DNA from: Prorocentrum cordatum
Taxonomy: Eukaryota
Length of the DNA stretch: 43,024 bases
Assembly: GCA_963575745.1 (NCBI GenBank)
Contig: CAUYUJ010000270.1
Coordinates: forward strand, 620,001-663,024
Direction of reading: 5' to 3'
Shown: positions 34,310-43,024 of the stretch, piece by piece
How the letters are laid out: each line of letters opens with the position of its first letter
Position numbering within the stretch: the first letter of the stretch is position 1
Made by a program: the position numbers and the translations under genes
Notes under the pieces: generated by a model
The model's input: the letters and a program-made list of their open reading frames with translations, nothing else
Told to the model about the DNA's origin: nothing
Databases searched by the model: none

Positions 34310-37300
34310 TCAAACCTTGTACTTCTTGCATACCCACTCCTGCAAGGCCTGCCAAGCCTTGGAGGGCCGGGCTGTCTTCCAGAAGAACGCCTTGTCCGTC
34401 CTGACCCCGCACTCGCGGAAGCGGTAGGCGCCCTTTTTCGTATCAGTGTAGATAATGAAAGCGTTCTTCACCTTCATGGGGGCGGCGACCTCGACCGGGT
34501 CGCCAGGGTAGTGCATGGCCTTGTCGATGTCAGTTTTCGTCAACTTCGGCCTGGCGTCGGCCGCGGGCACCTTTGCCTTCCCCACTGGCGCGGGCGTTGC
34601 AGCCAGAACGCGCACAGAAGACTTGGGCGTCAGGGGCTCCTGGACCTTGTCCTTGCCTGCACCCTTGCCCTTCTTCGCCGCCTTCGCCCCGGTGCTCTTG
34701 GTGGGCTGCCCCTTGCCTCCTCCCTTGACCTTCGCAGCCTTGCGCCTCTTCTCCTGGTCCTCTGCTTCCTCGACCTCGGCCGTCTCCTTCGAGTTCTTGT
34801 CCTGGCCCCCGCTGCCTGCTGCCTCGCGCCTCTCCTCCTCGCCCTCCGCGGCCTTGTCCTCAGGGCCTGCGCCAGCGACTGCCGCCACGTTGGGATCCTG
34901 CTCGCTCGTTTCTGCGCCGGCGACCGCCGCCAGCGGCTCGCCATCAGAACTCATGTCCCAGGCACCAAGAGGCCTCTTCCTCGGGGGAACCTCCGCTTTC
35001 TTGATCTTCGCGTCGCCCTTCTCGTTGCAGCCGTCCTTGACGCCAGGCGTCGACGACGAGACAGCGACTTCTTTCTTGCTCTGCTTCGCCTTCGATTCAG
35101 TTTGTCTCGCAGCGGGCCGCTTGCAAAGACGCTTCTCCTCGGAAGCGTTGTCGTCGTCCTCTTCGTCGGTGCCCTCCTTCGGCTCCTTCGTAGTCACTTT
35201 TTTCTTCAGCATATCCATCATCGCCTTCTCCATCGCCTCCAATGGCGTCTCCCTCTTCGACTCCTCGGGAGCGGGCGCCGCCTGCCCGGCCTCCTTGGGC
35301 TCCTCTCGAGCGCTCGCCACCTGCCCGGCCTCCTTGGACTCCTCAGGAACGCTCGCCACCTGCCTGGCCTCCTTGGACTCCTCGGGAGCGGTCACCACCT
35401 GCCCGGCCTCCTTTGGCTCCTCGGGAGCGGTCGCCGCCTGCCCTGCCTCGGGAGCGGGCGCCGCCTGCCGGGCCTCCTTGGACTCCTCGGGAGCGCTCGC
35501 CACCTGCCCGGCCTCCTTGGACTCCTCAGGAACGCTCGCCACCTGCCCGGCCTCCTTGGACTCCTCGGGAGCGGTCACCACCTGCCCGGCCTCCTTGGGC
35601 TCCTCGGGAGCGGTCGCCGCCTGCCCTGCCTCGGGAGCGGTCGCCGCCTGCTCAGCCGCGGTCTGGGATCCTCCTTCGGCCGGGGCTGGCAAAGCCAGGG
35701 GCCCCGGGGCTAAAGCCAGCTGACTCTGCGGCGCGGCGGCCCCAGCGGCGCCGAGTGCCGGGGTGAACGTTGGCTGCGAGCCGTTCGGAGCAGGCAAGGC
35801 GAGCTGGGGCTGGGGGGCCCCTAGCGCCAGCTGCCCACGCGGCTGGCGCGGCCTGTCGAAGATGACCAAGTTTGAAACGCCGCCGCGAGTCTGCTGCAAG
35901 CTGCGATGGGTCTTCCTCGCAGGCAGCCTGGACCTGAGAGAGATCCGCACACGCCCAAGTGGGCGCCCACGCGCGCAGACCCCGACAGCCTGAAAAACAA
36001 AGGAGCAGGAGGAGGGGGGGCAAGAAAGGGAGGAGGAGCATGGGGAGGAAGTGGGGGTGCAGGGCTGGACCTAAACACTGGTTTTTCAAATGTTTTAATG
36101 TATTGTTCCGCTTGCCCCCCTGAACCTTTCTAGAAGCGAAACCCGAAATCGGCCTAAACGGCGTTTAAATCCAGGAGGTGGGTCTGTCAGCGCACGTTCG
36201 AGACGGCGGGGGAGGTGGTAACCGGCGGATGAGAAAGAGTTCGTCGATGGGGCACGTCATGGGGCCGTTCGCGCCCGTCAGCGGGTCGAACAGGGGGCAT
36301 GCGGCGTCGAACACGACCCCGAAGTTCTGACGCAGGACATCCGGAGTGGGGGGCAGCCGCCGCACGAGGCCATGGTGGCCCATCCTATAGCAGTCGGCGG
36401 ATGAGAAGGAGCAGGGTGGAGGGAGACGGGAGAGGGAGGGTAGAAGCGGAGGATGAGGAAGGCAAGGAGGAGCGGGGGAGGGGGCAGAGAGAGGGCGGAG
36501 GCGGATGATCAGGACGAGGCAAGTGGAATTGAATGGGGAAGGAGGAGAAGGAGAAGGATAAAGGAAAGCAATGGGAGGATGGAGGAGGAGGGATTCAGGA
36601 GGAGGATTCGGGGTTGGACAGAACCCCCAACAATGACACGTCGATTAGTGAATTGTCCGTTTTCGGTTCTCGAGAGGGCGCCGTGGCCGTCATTTTCCAG
36701 GCTTGCGCCCACCAGGTTCGGGCCTCAGGTCGTTTTCACTAAACCACGTTTTGCTAAAGGGGGGTCTGTCCATCCCCGAAGGATGTGGAGGAGGAGGGTG
36801 TTTTTTTGTTTGCAGTGCCGCCCTGGTGTCCTTCCACGGGCGCGAACGATCCTGATCTGGTCCTTCAAGTCCTGCAGCATCTGGAGCCCATCAGAGGCTT
36901 GCATGTTCAGAGTCTGCCGCTGGTTCGCAGCGACCACCATGATGGCCACAGCGTTCACGATGCTCGCCTCGTTGAGGAAGGTGAGACCCAGGCGGGACAC
37001 CGCGAACGTGGCAAGGGAGTCGACCTTCGCCACGTAAGAGACAATCGGATCCATGAGGATTTGCCAGACGTCCTGCGTCAGGTAGTGCTGAAGACTCGTG
37101 GCGCCCTGGGAATTCTGATTGCCAGTCCTCTGGGCGCCCCCTGCGTTGAAGCCAACGGCCGTGGTAATGGCCGCGCCCAGTTCGCGGCGCGACCCTGCCG
37201 GGTACTGGCTGTTCAAGAGGAATTGGAGCGCCTGGTTGCCGTCAGAGACAGAGAGTCCGCCAGAGTTGCTGAGGTGAACCAGCAGCTCGTTCTTGCGGGC

Positions 37301-37408
37301 GTCCAACATAGTCTGAAAGGCGTCTGGGCCGAGTGCCCCGGTCAAGGACACAGTATCTAGGTAGCTGACGGTCTGCTGCAGTTGCTGCAAAAAGGTTGGT
37401 TGCGCCAT
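34310..37408 (-). CDS. Three-exon gene for an uncharacterised protein with a helical N-terminal domain, 13-aa repeats, a Lys/Glu-rich region and an AP2-like C-terminal domain
   Basis: Inferred exons are 37408-~36832, 36384-36223 and 35933-34310. Acceptors CTATAG and CTCTCAG and donor CG|GTTACC keep the frame (ELFLIRR|SRLPARKTH). The first donor must be GA or GC. Confidence 0.65.
35255..35650 (-). repeat. Coding 39-bp tandem repeat (PEESKEAGQVxxA)
   Basis: Repeated GACTCCTCGGGAGCG...CCTGCCCGGCCTCCTTG, in frame within the ORF. Confidence 0.9.
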
Positions 37409-38456
37409 GCGGGGCAAGACGTGAGTTGCCAGCTGCAGAGTCCTTATGTAGTCCTGGGGCGAGCCCGCTCTGGACCAAATGGCTGTGGAACGGGAAGGGC
37501 GCCGATGGATGCGCCTAGCGCGCCAGGGGTGGCGCCAGAGGCGCCGGGGGGGGGGGGGGGTCCATGCGCCGATCGAAGATGCAACGATCAGGCGCACCCA
37601 TCGGACAGGAGGGGGAGGATGTGAGATGAGCATCGGAATGGCGGAAGGAGGAGGACCATGCAGGGTGGAGGGGGAACCTTCCTCACCCTCCTTGGCCCGG
37701 CCCGCTGCTGTCCCCACTTGCTCAACTCATGCTTATTTGCTTTCATTCGTCCTTCCTACTTTGGCTCATTCTGTTTGTCGCTGTCCTCATCCTCGCTCTC
37801 TGGGCTGGTGGGGACACGCGGAGTGTCAAACACTGGCCCCGAGGGCCGCCTTTGCATACTTTGGGCTGTTCTGGGCGCCAAAGGGCCCTACGAAAGGTTG
37901 TTTTGGTGAAAACTGGTTGTAAATCCCTTTGGGGGCCACGGGATGGTCTCATCCTTTCGAAGGAAATAAAAATTCGTAGGCCCGCCGCCCCCGCCTGCTC
38001 TAGCCAATGCCCGACGCAACAGCTGAAAGCCGACCAAGATGACACTTCGGCTGAGCCGTCGTTGTGTCCGAACGTCTCGGCGCGGGTCGCTCAGACCCGT
38101 GCGGAGCAAGCCGCCAGCCTTCATGCGGCGCAGATGGTGTTCCTCCAACCCCCCTTCTTCCCCTTCGGGCCCCAAGAAGCGAGTAACCCTGGATGCTACT
38201 GCGACCCCCCGGGTGTCCACGGGCCCTTTTTGGACTCCCCCTGGCCTCCTTGTAAGGGCCCAAGAGGGCCCCGAGACGGCTCCAAGAGAGTCCAGGACGT
38301 CTCCAAGAAGGGTCCAAGGGCACCAAGCCCGAACTACCCGGGGGAAACCTAAGACTGGGCATCGTTTTGTGGATGGGCTGGCGCGGATGCGCACGCGAAG
38401 CGTCGAGAATATGGAGGTGTCCCCGAGGCGAGCCTATGGGAGCAAAAGACATGGAC

Positions 38457-39810
38457 CTAATCTGACTCGTTCCGGCGGCGCTTGCGTTGCGGCTGCGCTG
38501 CCTCAATTGCGCGCCTAATGTGCTGGGGCAAGTGCTGGACACGCTGTAAAGTGCCCTTGCTACACGGGCGCGCTGGAATCAAGTCGCTGGGCTTGATCAT
38601 GCGGAGCGCCGGCAACAAGGTCGCAGCGATCAGCTGCGGGGGGTACGCGTTGTCACGCGCGAGTTTCAGGATCCCTTCGGGAAGCTTCATGATCGTCTCT
38701 GCTGGGAACCCCTGTGCTTGAAATAATTCTACCAGGCTCGGGCGCCGAAAATATTTGCGAGACTGGTCAGGGACATTGTTCACCACCTCGTCCACAGAAG
38801 CCACGAATATATAGATTTGTGTGGCATGTAATCGTAGGAAACATGTTCACCGAGTAGCTAGCAGCGAACACTCGCCCTGGGCCCCTGTCCACGTTAAATG
38901 TCACGATGTCGGTGTTGTCAAGCCACCCATCCTTGTAGTCCTTCTTGATCTGCATCTCGTAGTACTTGAGGTTTTGCTGCTGCGAAACCGTTAGATCAGC
39001 CCTTTTCGTGATGGACAGCTTGCACAAGAGCTCATTGATGTCGAATCGGCCGAAAGGTGGCAGTACAGGTGGCATTGCAGGACATAAGCTTCTCCGAATC
39101 CCTCGGAGGAAGACCCGAACCCTGGCTTGTGGCAAACGGTAGCCTCGTGCCATTATCTTATCAACTTGCCTGTGGAACTCGGGTGCCTCGCGGCGAAGGA
39201 TTGCCAAGAACACGTCCATGGTGGATCTCGTAGCGCCGTTCACCTTGTGCGTAATGCCCACGACATTCTCCAATATCACTCCGAGCAAGCCTGCGAACTT
39301 TATGTACCATATAGTCCATTGTAAAACACGAACGAACACCGAACCTCGAATATCAGTAGTGCCACCGCGAGTTCCTGCAACTGAAAAGCTAGGACAGGGC
39401 GGTCCAGCCACCAAAAAGTCCATCGGCTTGGTGAGTCGTGAGAAAGGCACTTGAAGAACGTCTCCTGCTGTCTGTCCAAGGTTCAGCACAATCTTGGTAG
39501 GCGTCATGCCTAAGTCGCGGAGGTGCTGCTTCAGGAACTGTTCGTATCGTGGTTGTAGATCGAAAGCGTCGTAGATCTCTGCCTTCACCCCCATCTCCAT
39601 CAGAGCGTGGCCGCACCCTGAAATACCGATACATGGGCACGAGAAGCGGAGCGGCCTCGCAAAACGAGGGATGTCCCCTAAGAGATTCGCCCATGATGGC
39701 GAGGGCCTGGCGACTCGAACTTGATGGGCCAGGTCGTCCTCCCAAGCGGCGCCAACCAGGCCCATCGACGCGAGGAGCGCCAGGAGGAACGCGCCCCAAG
39801 GGCCCGCCAT
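38457..39810 (-). CDS. DNA (cytosine-5)-methyltransferase, Dcm/DNA_methylase type, one frameshift at ~38810
   Basis: PCIGISG (I), AFD (II), AGDV (III), FLVAGPPCPSFSVAG (IV), DIRG (V), ILENVVG (VI), LPQARVRVF (VIII), RRPSLVELFQAQGFP (IX), DNAYP (X). Confidence 0.9.
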
Positions 39811-40286
39811 CGTGACGCAAGGCCGCTCAAACAGCCCGAAGTCCGACTAGGGCCAAACGGTTATGGCGACAAGAAGCAACAACGCAGAGGGTGATATGGC
39901 CACCCGTGTTTTTTCACAGATGGCGAGTCCTCTTAAATAAAGCCAAAGCGTGATAGCCGCTCGAGACTTCCTCGCAATTGCGCTGAGCCCGGAGGGCCCC
40001 CGGTTCAAGCAAGCCCCTGACGCCCCGAATTCCTCCGGCCTCCTGCTCCTCCTCGCCCTCCTCCCCCCCGCACCCCCAGCTAGCAGGGGTGTAGGAGGAC
40101 TTGTCGCGTCTTGCGTCAGGCCTCCAACGCCTGAGGAAAGGCGGGCGACGACGAGGAGGGGAAGGGGGATGAGTGGAAGGAGGCCCCCCCCAGCGTCGCC
40201 GGGCTTGCGCGCGCCGGCTTGCGGGCGGGCAGGACCGCCCCCTCCCCGCTTCCTCCCCTCCACTCCCCATCCCCTCCTCCTCCCCT

Positions 40287-40358
40287 GCACGGGGTATGCA
40301 CGGGGTATGCACGGGGTATGCACGGGGTATGCACGGGGTATGCACGGGGCATGCACGG
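40287..40358. repeat. 11-bp tandem repeat (GCACGGGGTAT)n, ~6 copies
   Basis: Directly visible. Confidence 0.95.
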
Positions 40359-40796
40359 GGGGGTGCGTTCGCCCCCCAGACGGCCCAAGAGGGCATCAGG
40401 GCGGCCCAAGAGGCATGCAAGAAAGCCGAAGAGACCATAGCCATCTCATTTGATTCGGTGTTCCGAGAAGGTCCCAGCGGGGGCCCAAGAGGGGCCCCTA
40501 AACAGTTGAAGACGAGCTGAGGAGGAGGAACGGAGGGATGTGGAGGATAGGATGGCACTTGTGGCTCAAGTGCGCTCATGGTTCAAAGTTTTCTCGATGC
40601 TGACTGCTTTCACTCGATCGGCATCTGCAGGCGAGCCTGCGACGTACAATAAACGTGAGATGGCGATTGTAGAACAACTCCCTCGAACTACACTGCGTTG
40701 CAACAGCCCCAATGCTGCCGACTCCAGGCATGTTCGCCACCTGTGGCACGCTACCCTCAGAAGCGAGGGCCCCAATAATCACGCCTCCACACCGTC

Positions 40797-42628
40797 CTAA
40801 TCCCCCGCCTTCCCTTCCTCGATCTGGGTTTTGATCTTGTTGGTGTAGTCCTTGTTGGTTGCCTTCGCCTCCTTGAAGCCATCCCACACCGCCTTCAGCG
40901 ACGCGGGCGAGGCTGTGTTAGTCTGCTTGATGACTGCGATATTCTTGAGGACGGTGTCGATGGCGGTCAGCAACTGTTTCGCGCCCTTGAGGTGCTTGGG
41001 GGCGATGTTCCCCACCATGTCGGCGGCCGAGGCTTCGGATACGAGCGTGCTCATGTTCATGTGCATCTGTTCGAGTTGGATCTGGCAACCATCCAGGCGG
41101 GTCTTGTGCGTTACCGTGATCGGCCTCTCTGCAGGCACGCGAGGCGCGGCTTTTGCCTTTGCTCTGCCCTTGCCGCATCTGCCCTTGCCGCCAGCCTTGC
41201 CACGGCCGGCGTCCTCCTCTCCTTCCTCAGCAGCCTCGCCTCCCTCGTGTGCGCCGTCGCCCTGGAGATCCTCCAACTGCCTCCTTGGCTTCTTCGGCAC
41301 CCTCTCCTCGCCCTCAATCTTGCGCCTCTCCTCCAGCGACTCCGAGTTCTCGTTTGTGATGGTCAGCGACCACTCGGGCTTCCAGATCTGCGGCTTGTTG
41401 TAGATGGGGCAAGTGATCTTGGGCGCATTCATGTAGTACTCATCCCAAGCTGCCTGCCCCTCCTTCTCGATGAACGCGTCCTTGATGTCTGCGATGTTCA
41501 CGAAATTGCCGGCCCCCTCGAACTTCTCGCCCCGCTTTTGGACGCGGTTGCGATGGATAGCCGTGAGCAAGACCTTCTTAAGAGCCTCTCCTGCAAGCCG
41601 GTTCGCGATGCGACACAAGCCGATCTTCACGTCTGGTCCCATTTCCGCAAAGCCATTTTTGATGAAGTCGTCCTGCTTGCACATGCGGTACAGACGCCCC
41701 CTCAAACCGTTGCAGTCCAGGCACCTGCATTGAAGCTTCGCACCTGGACAGGGAGCGACATCGTAGGATATATCCTCCAGCAAGGCGAACCGCATATGCT
41801 GGGGAATCTGTCTTGACATGCACGGCTGAGGCGTGATATTAAAGGGCCTTTGCGAGAGCGCGTGCCAACTAGGCTAGCTCCCTGAACGTCTACAAGAGAC
41901 AAGTATGGACACACGTTCCCCGACGGTCACAAACAGACACCTGCATTGAAGCTTCGCACCTGGACAGGGAGCGACATCGTAGGATATATCCTCCAGCAAG
42001 GCGAACCGCATATGCTGGGGAATCTGTCTTGACATGCACGGCTGAGGCGTGATATTAAAGGGCCTTTGCGAGAGCGCGTGCCAACTAGGCTAGCTCCCTG
42101 AACGTCTACAAGAGACAAGTATGGACACACGTTCCCCGACGGTCACAAACAGACATACACATGCGGTATGCGTGCATGTGCGTATGTGTATATCTAAATA
42201 TACATACATATATATGTATATATGTGTATATATATACACATACACGCTCACGTGTGTGTGCGCGTGGAGCTGTACGTGGTGAGATATGAGGCATCGGGTT
42301 TTCCCCGTGGCTCACCTGTAGCGGCATCTGCCTCGGTGATTTTCATTTCCGCCTTCAACTTCATCACCCCGCACGTGCAGCACTTCCCGCGTTCCTCTCC
42401 TGCTGGCTCGCCCGCAGCGGCTGAATCCGTCGGGGCGCTTGCGTCTGGGGCTGCGCCTGCGGGCCCAACTGCCTCGTGCGCGGCGCCAGGGGCGCCCCCG
42501 GGGGCCTGCTGCGTGTCCTGGGGCAGGGCGGGCGGGGCTCCACTGGGAAACGTCCCGTCGGGGACCGTCTCGGGGTCCGAGGGGGAGTCCACGCGGCAGT
42601 CATATTCAGCCTCGTCTTGGCGGGACAT
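40797..42628 (-). CDS. Two-exon uncharacterised protein with a CxxC...CxxC zinc finger, basic region and coiled-coil C-terminus
   Basis: Exon 42628-42316 (donor ACAG|GTGAG) joins exon 41743-40797 (acceptor TCCAG|GT) in frame, giving CCTC...DAAT|GAKLQCRCLDCNGLRGRL. Confidence 0.7.
41722..42155. repeat. Exact 216-bp tandem duplication spanning an intron 3' end and acceptor
   Basis: 41722-41939 appears identical to 41938-42155. Confidence 0.95.
42165..42265. repeat. (TA/TG)n intronic microsatellite
   Basis: Directly visible. Confidence 0.9.
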
Positions 42629-43024
42629 CGACTTCGAAGCCAAATCAAGTTGAGTGCAATACGTGGTGCGCGGCGAGCCGGTTCACTGTCTCAACCTAAA
42701 TAGCTATGGCAGGAGGAAAAGAATTAAACGCACCAGCGCCGATCTGGGACATCCCCGGGAGCCGCGATCTGGACGGCGCGCCCCCCGGGCGGTCAGAGGG
42801 GTCGACGCCGAAGCCTGGGCCCAATGATTGCCCGAGAGAGTCCCGAGCCCCTTCGGCGCCCCGGGGCCTTCTTAGGGCCCCTTCGGCGCCCCGGGGCTTT
42901 CTTGGGCGCCCAAGAAGGGGCGAGAGGCCCCCAAGAGGTCCCGAAGAGGGCCCCGAGATGGCAAAGGGCTTCCAAAGCAACTCCAAGATGCCCCGCGAAG
43001 ACTCCAGAGGACTTCAAGAGGCTC

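Noticed and set aside
34277..35723. Long + strand ORFs opposite the 546-aa ORF
   Set aside because: Antisense shadows caused by high GC3 and repeats.
40556..40800. SL-like TGGCTCAAG followed by a short + strand ORF
   Set aside because: Only a 9-nt match, with no recognisable product.

Overview
This is GC-rich eukaryotic genomic DNA, inferred to be from a dinoflagellate: it has relics of the dinoflagellate spliced leader (SL, CCGTAGCCATTTTGGCTCAAG), probable GC/GA splice donors, and dinoflagellate-type PPR and channel genes. From left to right it contains: (1) the 5' part of a spliced CNG/KCNH-type cation channel gene (- strand); (2) a PPR-derived 135-bp tandem array; (3) a full-length but frameshifted ~8-kb Ty1/copia LTR retrotransposon (4854-12824, -) with LTRs, a 5-bp TSD and a PBS, carrying a C5-cytosine-methyltransferase-like domain between protease and integrase; (4) a 101-bp satellite; (5) a complete but decayed tyrosine-recombinase retrotransposon (14890-21338, -) with A1-B1-A2-B2 split direct repeats and a C-terminal domain of the same MTase-like type; (6) a decayed, internally deleted and interrupted LINE (+); (7) microsatellites and a 47-bp G-rich array; and (8) a co-oriented three-gene block (zinc-finger protein, Dcm-like DNA methyltransferase, protein with an AP2-like C-terminus), each gene preceded by an SL relic. 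The strongest signal is three cytosine-MTase-type domains in three different genomic vehicles within 30 kb, especially the copia-borne one. All domain calls come from motif recognition by eye; no database searches were run.
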